A DNA stretch of 64,000 nt from Anaerolineales bacterium (GTDB taxonomy: Bacteria > Chloroflexota > Anaerolineae > Anaerolineales > E44-bin32), in NCBI GenBank assembly GCA_034430595.1, contig DAOUEL010000019.1, positions 14,040 to 78,039 of the forward strand, read 5' to 3'. Position numbers and translations under genes: made by a program. Shown here piece by piece: positions 10,784 to 19,699 of the stretch. The notes under the pieces were generated by a model, which was not told where the DNA came from, did not search any database, and saw only the letters and a program-made list of their open reading frames with translations. How positions within the stretch are numbered: position 1 is the stretch's first letter; each line of letters opens with the position of its first letter.

Positions 10784-11338
10784 ATGCCCAAATACTTCAC
10801 CGGCGAAGGCGACGAGGGTTATACGGGTCTTCTAGGCGAGGGTCGTGTTCCGAAATACGGACCGCGTCCGAGTGCATACGGCACGCTGGATGAAGCCCAG
10901 GCCGCCCTGGGTGTGGCACGCTCGCTTGCCTCGCAGGCGAGCAGGGAAGCTCTCCGGCAGGTTCAGGTCGATCTCTACCATATCATGGCCGAAGTGGCGG
11001 CTCCAGTGGAGCAAGCCGCACAGTTCCGCAAACTCACTCCGGCACGCGTCCGATGGCTGGAAGGTAAGCTGGAGCAATTTGGCGACCTGGTCGAGATGCC
11101 GAGCGATTTCGTGATTTCGGGAGATTCACAACCTGGCGCCGCTCTCGATCTGGCGAGAACAGTTACCCGCCGGGCCGAACGCCATGTGGCGGCGCTGGTA
11201 CACGAAGGCCTGGTAGAAAATCCACAAATCTTGCCCTATTTAAACCGGCTCTCGAGCCTGTGCTTCATACTCTCACTTTGGGAGAATCAGCAGGCGGGGG
11301 TCCAGGGTCACAGCCTGGCGAAGGGCGGCTCCACATGA
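10784..11338 (+). CDS. PduO-type ATP:cob(I)alamin adenosyltransferase
   Basis: N-terminal TGEGDEGYTGLL (compare TGDxGxT) and a helical-bundle remainder with YLNRLS. Length is 184 aa. Confidence 0.8.
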   Translation: MPKYFTGEGDEGYTGLLGEGRVPKYGPRPSAYGTLDEAQAALGVARSLASQASREALRQVQVDLYHIMAEVAAPVEQAAQFRKLTPARVRWLEGKLEQFGDLVEMPSDFVISGDSQPGAALDLARTVTRRAERHVAALVHEGLVENPQILPYLNRLSSLCFILSLWENQQAGVQGHSLAKGGST

Positions 11339-12060
11339 CAGGCACCTTGTTGAACTCGGCCACTATCGCCATCGGGACCCTATTCGGGCTGCTTTTTGGA
11401 ACCAGGCTCCCCGAGAGAGCGCGTGAGAGCGTGCTGTCAGCATTAGGAGTTTTTACCCTGGCGATCGGCATCCAGCTCTTCCTGCAGGGCGCAGGGTTCG
11501 AGGGTGAAAACATCCTGCTGCCGCTGGTGAGCCTGCTGGTTGGTGCATTGTTGGGGGAATGGTGGCAGGTTGAAAGAAGACTGGAATGGATCGGGGCTGC
11601 GCTGGAACAGCGCTTCGTTGCTGGCCGGAGCGGAGACGATCAGGGCACCCGTTTCATCCGTGGTTTTGTATCTGCCAGCTTGCTTTTCTGTGTCGGACCG
11701 ATGACGATCCTCGGGTCAATCCAGGATGGATTGATCGGTGATTACCAACTCCTGGCGATCAAGGCCGTGCTTGACGGATTCGCCTCGCTCGCCCTGGCCT
11801 CGAGCTTCGGCGTTGGCGTGTTATTTTCCATCGTGGTGGTACTTCTTTATCAAGGTGGGCTCAGCCTGGCGGCAGCTCAGCTTCAGAATTTCTTTACGCC
11901 GCTGATGCTGGCCGAGGTATCGGTCGTGGGTGGTGTGCTGCTGTTAAGCCTGGCAATCAGCACGCTGCTGCGCTTGAAACCAATCCGGACCGCCAATTTA
12001 TTGCCGGCCATCATCGTCGTGCCGCTGCTGGTCCTGCTGGTTGAGCGGATTGGGTTGTAG
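11335..12060 (+). CDS. DUF554-family membrane protein
   Basis: MTGTLLNSATIAIGTLFGLLFG start and a polytopic membrane profile. The ATG overlaps the upstream stop (ATGA). The 11260 ORF start lies inside the previous gene. Confidence 0.75.
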   Translation: MTGTLLNSATIAIGTLFGLLFGTRLPERARESVLSALGVFTLAIGIQLFLQGAGFEGENILLPLVSLLVGALLGEWWQVERRLEWIGAALEQRFVAGRSGDDQGTRFIRGFVSASLLFCVGPMTILGSIQDGLIGDYQLLAIKAVLDGFASLALASSFGVGVLFSIVVVLLYQGGLSLAAAQLQNFFTPLMLAEVSVVGGVLLLSLAISTLLRLKPIRTANLLPAIIVVPLLVLLVERIGL

Positions 12061-12074
12061 GATTGGTATCTTGC

Positions 12075-12108
12075 GAGGGCGCCTGCATCGAGCAGGCGCC
12101 CTCTTTTT
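12075..12108. terminator. Intrinsic terminator between convergent genes
   Basis: GAGGGCGCCTGC-atcga-GCAGGCGCCCTC (12-bp perfect stem) followed by TTTTT. Confidence 0.65.
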
Positions 12109-12113
12109 AGTTG

Positions 12114-12836
12114 TTACTGGGTCGCGGGGGTCCCTGACTGCAGGGCGCTGTCGATCAGCGGCGCCATGGAGGAGAAAGGTTGAGCTCCAACGACCAACTG
12201 TCCGTTAATCAAGAAGCTGGGTGTGGAGCGTACCTCAGTTTGGGTTGCGAAGGCAATGTCGTTTAAGATTTGATCGCGGTACTGTCCCTGGCTGAGGCAG
12301 GAATTGAAGGATGGATCGAGTCCAAGCTGTTCGGCAATCGCTTCCAGTCGAGGACGGCTGAAACTGCCTACGTTCTCGCCGATCTGATTCGCGAAGAGCA
12401 TGTCATGGTAAGGCCAGAACTGGCCCTGTTCAGCCGCACACAATCCGGCCATAGCCGCGTCCTGGGATTCGTTGCCCGGTGCATTCGAATCGATGAAAGG
12501 GTAGTTGTGAAAGACGAAGTAGACTTGGCCGGTCTTGATATACGTTTCCAGCAGTTGCTGCATGGTCGTTTCGTGAAATTGGCGGCAGGCCGGGCACTGA
12601 AAATCAGCGAATTCGTCGATCCGTACCGGTGCATTCGGATCGCCCAGCGTCTCGTCCTGACTGGCCGGGTAGTCGAGCACCTCTGCCATGACGATGTCAC
12701 CGACCATCGCCTGCGTGCGGTAAATCACGATGCCAATAACGACCACGACAATACCCACGATAATCAGCGCGCCGATCAGCAAATTCCGCTGCTGTGAGCG
12801 GCGTCGTTTCTCTCGAAGCTCCTCACGTTTGCTCAT
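12114..12836 (-). CDS. DsbA-family thiol:disulfide oxidoreductase, membrane-anchored
   Basis: N-terminal TM and a FQCPAC thioredoxin-fold active site. Length is 240 aa. Confidence 0.8.
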   Translation of the reverse strand: MSKREELREKRRRSQQRNLLIGALIIVGIVVVVIGIVIYRTQAMVGDIVMAEVLDYPASQDETLGDPNAPVRIDEFADFQCPACRQFHETTMQQLLETYIKTGQVYFVFHNYPFIDSNAPGNESQDAAMAGLCAAEQGQFWPYHDMLFANQIGENVGSFSRPRLEAIAEQLGLDPSFNSCLSQGQYRDQILNDIAFATQTEVRSTPSFLINGQLVVGAQPFSSMAPLIDSALQSGTPATQ

Positions 12837-13060
12837 CTATCAACCTCCTGGACGGTGATAAGTACGAATCCTGCCATAAAAGGTCTCTCTTGTCCATACA
12901 TAAGGACTTAAGACACGAACCTATCGGGTCATGTGCTGAGCAGGGGATGCAGGTTTTCGCTGGCAGCAATTGAAGTTTGACTAATGACTTGCCGTGGAAA
13001 TTGATATCACGGCCGTGCTCGCTGCCAGTAAGAGAACCAGGCAGGCGAGCTTTCCGTGGC

Positions 13061-13921
13061 TTAGAAATTGTCCTGGTACAGTGGATATCGCTGGCCAGTC
13101 TCCTGAAAACCGAGCGAGTGGTACAAACGCTGGCTGCTCAGGTTATCCGCCTGGGTGTTGACCGAAACTCTACCCAGGCCGCGTCGGGAGTGAACCCGCA
13201 ACACGTGCTGGATCAATGCCCGGCCATATCCCTGGCCTTGTTGATCGGGCAGAACCGCAAGGCGGGCAAGATGGGCTCCGAGGGCCGAGGCGGTGCTGAT
13301 TTGATAGCCCACGATCTGACCATCGACTTCCAGAACGGTTGCGAGCGAGGCGAGCGAATGTGCGGCGATCAGTGACCGGAGTGACAGGCTCCAAATCGGG
13401 TTGAAAGCAGCGTTATCAATCGCAACGACATCAGCCAGGTCATCTTTCTGCATCATTCGGATACCGAGCTCATTAGCCTGGTGCAGATCAACCTGTGGAT
13501 CGCTGTTGGACCATTCCAGGAACAGTACCTCATTCGCCAGCTTGAAACTCGACGCCTGAAGCAGGCGGCTAAACCAATCCCGGGTGGAGAGGGCAGTGGC
13601 GCAAGAGGCACCGAGCTGGATGGCGCTAACCCTGGCAGGCTCCCAAAGAGCCTGCCATTGTTCTTCTTCCTGCCGTTCTTCGCCGACGGCGAAGAGCCTG
13701 ATCCAAGCCACCTGCGGGGGATCAGGCGGACAGGCGATAATGGCAAGCGGGTTCTCTCCTTCCGAGAGAAGCAAGAAAGGCTGTTCGTCGAGAATGTCGA
13801 AGATGCTGAACCAGTCAAGGTGGAAGTGCTTGAGTGCGGCGCTCGTCAGGAAAGAGCCGATTAGATTCCGATCGCTGCTGGAGACCGTATACACACCTGA
13901 ATTATTCACTCTGGCCATCAA
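13061..13921 (-). CDS. GNAT-family N-acetyltransferase (degenerate N-terminal half + RimI-like C-terminal half)
   Basis: The C-terminal half carries LAVLPDQQGQGYGRALI (acetyl-CoA Q/RxxGxG/A motif) and LYHSLGF. Confidence 0.75.
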   Translation of the reverse strand: MMARVNNSGVYTVSSSDRNLIGSFLTSAALKHFHLDWFSIFDILDEQPFLLLSEGENPLAIIACPPDPPQVAWIRLFAVGEERQEEEQWQALWEPARVSAIQLGASCATALSTRDWFSRLLQASSFKLANEVLFLEWSNSDPQVDLHQANELGIRMMQKDDLADVVAIDNAAFNPIWSLSLRSLIAAHSLASLATVLEVDGQIVGYQISTASALGAHLARLAVLPDQQGQGYGRALIQHVLRVHSRRGLGRVSVNTQADNLSSQRLYHSLGFQETGQRYPLYQDNF

Positions 13922-13927
13922 GGGGGG

Positions 13928-14470
13928 TCAGCGGTTCAGCAAGCGGGTGGGGAGGCGCATGATTGCCTGGATTATTCGCCCGAATAATCCCCGCCTGGGT
14001 CGTGCATCGAGTGCGGCTTGCATGCTATCCAGGGCTTGAAATGCCTGGCCACTTTTCAACTGCAGTCTCGACACTGCCTGGAGTGTATACGACCGGGCTT
14101 CATCATCGTCAATCTCATCGAAGATGGCCAGTGCCCGCTGGTAAAGAGCGAGGGCAAGGTCCGGCCGACCAAGTGCTTCTTGGACGGCGGCTTCGTTTCC
14201 AATGGATTGCGCCTGCAGTCGCCGTTCGCCCGCTTCAGCGAAGATCTCCGTTGTGCCACTCAACGCCTCCAATGCTTCCTGCGGCCGGTCCACTTTAATC
14301 AGGGTAACGGCAGAATTGTTAGCCATTTCTGCGGCCCGCACGGGTTGCCCAGCCTGACGGTAGAGTGCGGCAGCTTCCCTAAACCCGTCCAGCGCAGCTT
14401 GAAATTGGTCCTGGCGGAAATGTTCCAACGCTTCCTCCGCCAGTTGATCTGCTGCCGCCGGCTCGTTCAA
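13928..14470 (-). CDS. TPR-repeat protein
   Basis: Four to five 34-aa A/L/Y-rich helical repeats (e.g. ALALYQRALAIFDEIDD). The start overlaps the stop of the upstream XRE gene. Confidence 0.7.
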   Translation of the reverse strand: MNEPAAADQLAEEALEHFRQDQFQAALDGFREAAALYRQAGQPVRAAEMANNSAVTLIKVDRPQEALEALSGTTEIFAEAGERRLQAQSIGNEAAVQEALGRPDLALALYQRALAIFDEIDDDEARSYTLQAVSRLQLKSGQAFQALDSMQAALDARPRRGLFGRIIQAIMRLPTRLLNR

Positions 14471-15138
14471 GGGAGGAGTTCCGTCAACGCTTCTGATACG
14501 GCACGTAAATCGGCCAGATCCAATTCAGAAAGACGCCTGGCCATGTGAAGGTAAGTTAGGTGGGTGGGATTGTGGAAGAAAAGACGCAGGTCATCAGGCA
14601 GGGCAAGGAATTGCTCAAATGCGACCTTGTTGGCCAGCCATTCCCCGACCGGGCCTTCCTTATCGATGAAGTCGTCCATCTGGCAGCCGAGTATCTGCAG
14701 TAGGCTCTCCAGGTCGGGTACGGGTACCGGCCGCTCACCCCGTTCGTATGCGCTGACACGGCTCACCGGCATTTCTACAGCTTCTGCAAGCGACTTCTGG
14801 GTGAGATTCTTCTCCTCGCGCGCTTGCCGCAACTGAGCGCCGATTATGTGCTGACGCAGGGTGACCATGATCTGGGTGTCGAAGCGGTAGCCTTCCTCCA
14901 GGTCCTCCGGAGAAGGATTAAGGAACAGCCCGAGGGGAGAATCCAGGTGGTAAGCAAGCACTTCGAGCTCGGGCAGTGAAATTGATTTCCGGCCATGTTC
15001 ATAGGAAGAGAGGGTACTTGTGCTTATTCCGAGCAGTTCGGCAATCTCGGTTAGGCTTTTCCCGTTCTCGGTCCGAACCTCACGCATCAAGGCACCGAGC
15101 ATTTTTGCTCTAAGCAGGCGAGTTTGGGGATCCGTCAT
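14467..15138 (-). CDS. XRE-family transcriptional regulator with two HTH domains
   Basis: There are two HTH_XRE units: GKSLTEIAELLGISTSTLSSYEHGRK and NLTQKSLAEAVEMPVSRVSAYERGER. Confidence 0.8.
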   Translation of the reverse strand: MTDPQTRLLRAKMLGALMREVRTENGKSLTEIAELLGISTSTLSSYEHGRKSISLPELEVLAYHLDSPLGLFLNPSPEDLEEGYRFDTQIMVTLRQHIIGAQLRQAREEKNLTQKSLAEAVEMPVSRVSAYERGERPVPVPDLESLLQILGCQMDDFIDKEGPVGEWLANKVAFEQFLALPDDLRLFFHNPTHLTYLHMARRLSELDLADLRAVSEALTELLP

Positions 15139-15167
15139 CGGGCAGCTCCATGAAACAGGCTTGAGCG

Positions 15168-15195
15168 ATTATAGCGCACCTTGAGGCAGTCCCAA
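15168..15195 (-). promoter_or_regulatory. Sigma70-like promoter for the XRE-TPR-GNAT operon
   Basis: The minus strand reads TTGGGA, a 16-nt spacer, then TATAAT, about 30 nt upstream of the GGAG SD and ATG. Confidence 0.4.
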
Positions 15196-15235
15196 AATCC
15201 CCGCCAGGCGTGCGGCGGAATCGAGCGTAACCGAA

Positions 15236-16402
15236 TCAATCTGGCTGTCTCACGGTTAGGGCTTCACGAATTCGCGCGCCAAACTCCACGAGTGCCAATG
15301 TGCCGCGTCCATCAGGAAAGCGGCGTTGGAGCGGAGTGTGCATCGCGTTTGCAAGGGCTATGTTATCGTCCATATGCGGGATCGCGGTCAAGTCCGAGCC
15401 GCTGAGACGCTCTTCTAGGGTGCGGACCGTCAGGCTGTCGGTTGGGTAGGGGCGGTTTGAGAGGAAAAGCACACGATCCGCAGCGATGCCGTCCTGGAAG
15501 AGCGACTCGCGAATCTCGATCGCCGACGATACGCCAAGTTCATCGGGAAAGAAAACCAACACGATGATCGAAGCCTGGCTGAGAGCAAGGCGGGAAACCG
15601 GCCCCAGACTGCGTCCAAGATCGGCTACCACAAAACGGTAGGTCGAGCGCAGGGATTGAAGTACAGGCCCGATCTGGGTTACCTGGATTCTTTCGGCCTC
15701 TCCAGGGTGGTCCAAGCCGGGAATGAGAGACATCGCCCAGCCTTTGGGAGGGATCAAGCGCTTCTTCAACTCGTCCGGGCTGAGATCCGGCAAGTCGATT
15801 GCGGTGAGCTCAACGATATTTAAGTCTGCCGTTCCAGCTGTTATTTCCCTCAGGGAGCCGAGCGGCAGATCGAGATCGAGCAGGATGACCTGGTCGGCGC
15901 CGGCCTCCATCCCCAACAGGTGGGCCAGGTTCACCGTCAGAGAGGAAGTCCCGACCCCTCCGCGTACACCAAGAAAGGTAATCAGAGATCCCGGGCCACC
16001 ACGTGTCAGTTTTGTTTCAAGGCTCGCGCTCGCGGGATGGAAGGAGTCGATAAATTGGCCTAGTTGATCGACCGCATCAGGCTGTTTCACCAGGTAGCGG
16101 TCGGCACCGGCTTCCATCGCTTCGGTTGTCTTTTCCGGTTGGCTGACGTGGGTCAGTACGACGATCGGCGTTCGTTGGGTGCGCTGGTCGCGGCGGAGTT
16201 TCTGGATTAGCTCGATCCCATCGATATCGGGAAGATCAAGCTCGGTGACGATTAAATCCACCCGGTCGCGCCAGGCGATGATGAGCCCTTCCTTACCGGC
16301 CAGCACATGTTGAACCTGACGTCCCCCCTCCGTGATCGTCAGCGTGAGGAAATCGGCCGTCTGACGATCGGGCTCAATCAACAGGATGTTAGAAGCCTTC
16401 AA
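15236..16402 (-). CDS. Response-regulator receiver fused to a CpaE/TadZ-like ParA/MinD-family domain
   Basis: N-terminal REC (DLIVTELDLPDIDG) and a C-terminal AAA_31-like domain with atypical P-loop GVRGGVGTSS. Confidence 0.8.
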   Translation of the reverse strand: MKASNILLIEPDRQTADFLTLTITEGGRQVQHVLAGKEGLIIAWRDRVDLIVTELDLPDIDGIELIQKLRRDQRTQRTPIVVLTHVSQPEKTTEAMEAGADRYLVKQPDAVDQLGQFIDSFHPASASLETKLTRGGPGSLITFLGVRGGVGTSSLTVNLAHLLGMEAGADQVILLDLDLPLGSLREITAGTADLNIVELTAIDLPDLSPDELKKRLIPPKGWAMSLIPGLDHPGEAERIQVTQIGPVLQSLRSTYRFVVADLGRSLGPVSRLALSQASIIVLVFFPDELGVSSAIEIRESLFQDGIAADRVLFLSNRPYPTDSLTVRTLEERLSGSDLTAIPHMDDNIALANAMHTPLQRRFPDGRGTLALVEFGARIREALTVRQPD

Positions 16403-16416
16403 GGTCGAAAGGCTCC

Positions 16417-17127
16417 TTAGCTTTCTTCATCAATCGGAGGCATGAGGTAGCCGATTCCCTGGCGGGTAACAATATGGGTCGGGTTCTTTGGATCGGGTTC
16501 GATCTTCTGCCGCAGCCGGCTGAGGCATACCCACAGGATCTCCTTGTCGTCCTTGTACTCCGGACCCCAGACCGACGTAAGCAGATCCTCCGGGCTGAGA
16601 ACGTTGCCGATTGCGTTGGCAAATGTCTGGAGCAAGCGGTACTCGGTCGCTGTAAGAGAAATTGGCTCACCGCTCACGAGCACCTCGGCTTTGGCCAGGT
16701 CGATCTCGAGATTGTGGTGTATGAACACTGGCTGGTGGAATCCATCCACCGTCTCGCGCTCTGCACGACGCAGAACCGCGCGCACACGGGCCAGGAGTTC
16801 CTGGGCTGAAAAGGGTTTGACGATGTAATCATCCGCGCCAGCATCCAGCCCGCGCACGCGATCACGCTCTTCACCCTTGGCCGTGAGGATGATGATCGGC
16901 ACCGATGAGAATTCACGGATGCGCTCGCAGGCGGTGAACCCATCCATGACCGGCATCATGACGTCCAGCAGCACGATATCGGGTTTTTCAGCTGCGACCG
17001 CGTCAACAGCCTGCTGCCCATCCATGGCTGTAATTACAGAATAGCCGGCGGTTTCCAGGTTGATCTGGACCAGAGCCAGATACCTTGGTTCGTCGTCCAC
17101 CACCAGGATGTTCGTCGGATCAGACAT
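16417..17127 (-). CDS. OmpR-family response regulator
   Basis: REC (ILVVDDE..VLLDVMMPVMDG..K) plus a winged-helix Trans_reg_C domain (LTATEYRLLQ..RQGIGY). Confidence 0.9.
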   Translation of the reverse strand: MSDPTNILVVDDEPRYLALVQINLETAGYSVITAMDGQQAVDAVAAEKPDIVLLDVMMPVMDGFTACERIREFSSVPIIILTAKGEERDRVRGLDAGADDYIVKPFSAQELLARVRAVLRRAERETVDGFHQPVFIHHNLEIDLAKAEVLVSGEPISLTATEYRLLQTFANAIGNVLSPEDLLTSVWGPEYKDDKEILWVCLSRLRQKIEPDPKNPTHIVTRQGIGYLMPPIDEES

Positions 17128-18370
17128 CGGAAGACTCCTGCTCTTGTGATGAGGTCGATTCTAAAGGCAGTTCGAAGAAGAAGGTTGTACCTTCCCCAGG
17201 CACGCTCTCGACACCGATTTCGCCGCTGTGAGCTTCGACGATCTTGCGGCTGATGTAAAGTCCTAGTCCTGTTCCTCGGATATTACTAGATTCAGGCATG
17301 CGGAAAAAGCGTTCAAAGAGATGGATGGCATGTTCGGGGGGGATTCCTGGACCGTGGTCAATCACTTCGATCCGCATCCGATCATCTTTTTCCATGACTC
17401 GCACTTTCACCGGAGAGCCGGGGGCATATTTGTTGGCGTTGGTTAACATATTATCCAGCACCTGGGCAATTCGGGTGGGGTCCAGGCGGATTTTTGGCAG
17501 ATTGTCTGCAATTTCAAGCTCAATTTGAACGTCGGGATGAGCGCCCTGTAACCGTTGAACGCTATCGCGAATAACGGGTCCGAGCGGTGCAGGTTCGAGC
17601 GTCATGCTGAGCGATCCGCTCTCAAGTCGGGACGAATCGAGCAGGTTGTCGATCAGTTCCCGCAGGCGGTCTGCCTCGTCATCAATGATGCGCAAGAACT
17701 CCTCGCGCTCTGCCTCTTCCCAGGTGGTGTCCTCCCGCAGGAGCGTCGTGACGTAACCCTTGATAAAGCCGAGCGGGGTTCGCAGTTCGTGGGAGATGGT
17801 CGAGATGAATTCATCCTGCATGCGAGCGAGTTCACGCTGGGCCTCTAGGCTGGCAATCCGGCGCGCCATGCGGCGATTCTCGAGCAGCTGGCCGACGTGC
17901 CAGGCGACAAACTCGGCCAGGCGGATATGCTCAGCTGGGTAGGCTGGTCCACCGAATCGCCCAAAAACCAGGCTGCCGACGCAGCGGCCGATCACCATAA
18001 GCGGAAGTCCGAGGTAATCACGCTGGCGATCGCGTTCCTTTACGCTCGCCCCGGCGTCCTCCTGGCGCAAAGTTGTCTGGCCGCTGCGGAACGCTTCCTG
18101 AGCTGCTTCTTCACCCCAGACCAGTTCAGCACCGCGCGATCGCCCCCGGCCAAGCGCGCGGGCGTAATGCGGCTCAAGCTGCTCGCTCTCCTCATCATAG
18201 AGGTAAAGGGCGACGGTATCAAAGATGAAGATCGTGCGGGCCAGGCGGAAAACAGCGTCAAGCCCCGATTCGGTGTCGAAGGTCTCGGCGACAATGCGTG
18301 CGATTGCGTAGACGGCGTTGAGTTCGGTGCCGTGCGTGAGTGTATCGCTCGGGATAAGCGGACTGGTCAT
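17120..18370 (-). CDS. GAF-domain sensor histidine kinase
   Basis: N-terminal GAF-like region, H-box STISHELRTPL, N box LTNANKY, and G boxes DHGPGI and GTGLGLYI. Confidence 0.85.
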   Translation of the reverse strand: MTSPLIPSDTLTHGTELNAVYAIARIVAETFDTESGLDAVFRLARTIFIFDTVALYLYDEESEQLEPHYARALGRGRSRGAELVWGEEAAQEAFRSGQTTLRQEDAGASVKERDRQRDYLGLPLMVIGRCVGSLVFGRFGGPAYPAEHIRLAEFVAWHVGQLLENRRMARRIASLEAQRELARMQDEFISTISHELRTPLGFIKGYVTTLLREDTTWEEAEREEFLRIIDDEADRLRELIDNLLDSSRLESGSLSMTLEPAPLGPVIRDSVQRLQGAHPDVQIELEIADNLPKIRLDPTRIAQVLDNMLTNANKYAPGSPVKVRVMEKDDRMRIEVIDHGPGIPPEHAIHLFERFFRMPESSNIRGTGLGLYISRKIVEAHSGEIGVESVPGEGTTFFFELPLESTSSQEQESSDV

Positions 18371-18377
18371 CAGTATC

Positions 18378-19547
18378 TCATGCCGTTGGGACGGTGAATT
18401 TGAAGACCGTCCCCTGCCCCTCTACGCTATCCACGCTCAGTTGGCTGCCATGAGCTTCGACGATCAATTTGGCGAGCGCCAGGCCAAGTCCGGTGCCACC
18501 GTAGCGGCGGGTGGCAGAGTCGTCCAACTGGTGAAAGGGTTCGAAGATTTCATCCAGGCGGTCCTGCGGGATTCCAATTCCCGTATCGCGTACGCTGAAG
18601 TCAACCCCGAGATCACCAGGCACGGCACTCACAGTGACGCGACCATTTCCCGGAGTGAACTTAATGCCGTTATCTACGAGTTGAAAAAGGGCCCATGAGA
18701 GCCGTTCCTGGTCGATCTTCACGGCGGGCAAATCAGGGATTAGATCGACCTCAAGCACGACACCGGCTTTCTCGGCTTTGGGTTGAGAACGCTTGATGAT
18801 AGCCTCGATCATCGGCGGAATGTTTGTAGGTGACACCCGCAGTGTGAGACCCTCGCGCGCCGCGGTCGAGAATTCGATCAGATCTTCGATCAGGCTCCCA
18901 AGCCGCTCAGATGCTCGTTTTATGACCTGTGCTGCTTCCATCTGCTCCGGTTCAAGGCTGCCCAGCTCTCCGGCTGAAAGCAGTTCGGCGTAGCCCTTGA
19001 TGTGCGAGAGCGGGGTGCGAAGCTCGTGCGAGATGTTCGAGATCAGGTTGGCTTTAATCTGGTTGATCTCTGTCAGGCGATCCAGGGCATGCCGCAGTTC
19101 TTTTGTGCGCTCATCAACTCGCTTTTGCAGGGTGCGGTTGGATTCCTGAAGCGCAGCATGAAGCTCAACGATCTGCTGGGTGACGGCTTGATCCAGGGTC
19201 TCACGATCCAGGAAGTTCAGTTGGAGCAGCGTTTGCCCCAACAGCCCATGCTCGCCTTTGTCGGCGGCTGTCCGCTGGACTTCTAGAGCCTGTTCAAGCT
19301 GGCTTTCGTTTATCACTCCCTGACGGATAAGGAATTCACCAATACGGGGCACAAGCCACTGCGGTGTTGTGTCCAACGGGGCAAATTTGGGCAACCCATC
19401 CAGGTATGCCTTCTCGCCAAGAAGCGAGAGCAGCGCCAGGTCGATCCCACAGTTCGGGCAGGCGCGTGCGTCACCCGGCAGCGGGTGATCACACTGTGGG
19501 CAATACACAACGACCTGACGGCTGGCTGGCAACTGTGCGTCGGACAT
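18378..19547 (-). CDS. Cytoplasmic histidine kinase with N-terminal zinc ribbon and MshEN (T2SSE_N)-like domain
   Basis: CPQCDH..CPNCG, then RIGEFLIRQGVINESQLEQALEVQ and LLGQTLLQLNFLDRETLDQAVTQQ. These are followed by a coiled coil, H-box NISHELRTPL and an HATPase_c domain (DTGIGI, GTGLGLA). Confidence 0.8.
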   Translation of the reverse strand: MSDAQLPASRQVVVYCPQCDHPLPGDARACPNCGIDLALLSLLGEKAYLDGLPKFAPLDTTPQWLVPRIGEFLIRQGVINESQLEQALEVQRTAADKGEHGLLGQTLLQLNFLDRETLDQAVTQQIVELHAALQESNRTLQKRVDERTKELRHALDRLTEINQIKANLISNISHELRTPLSHIKGYAELLSAGELGSLEPEQMEAAQVIKRASERLGSLIEDLIEFSTAAREGLTLRVSPTNIPPMIEAIIKRSQPKAEKAGVVLEVDLIPDLPAVKIDQERLSWALFQLVDNGIKFTPGNGRVTVSAVPGDLGVDFSVRDTGIGIPQDRLDEIFEPFHQLDDSATRRYGGTGLGLALAKLIVEAHGSQLSVDSVEGQGTVFKFTVPTA

Positions 19548-19699
19548 TAATCCCTGCTGTATCTTAGAACGCCGAGCTCATCATAGCGTTTCCTGATATC
19601 TCGTGCAAGGCATTCCGAGGTCATGCTTGATGAAAGGACCCTGTAAGGTTCAAAGCGACCGAAATCAGTGATAATGAGGTCGCAGAAAGGGTGGTAACT

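Noticed and set aside
12960-13028. A long-range inverted repeat CTGGCAGC..GCTGCCAG enclosing CCGTG..CACGG, considered as a possible small mobile repeat (MITE).
   Set aside because: It occurs as a single copy in the window, lies directly downstream of the GNAT operon stop and has no target-site duplication. It is most simply a transcription terminator or stabiliser structure.
15236-16402. A Tad/Flp pilus locus suggested by the CpaE/TadZ-like protein.
   Set aside because: No cpaF/tadA ATPase, tadB/C, secretin or pilin genes occur in the 64 kb. The gene is embedded among two-component genes instead.
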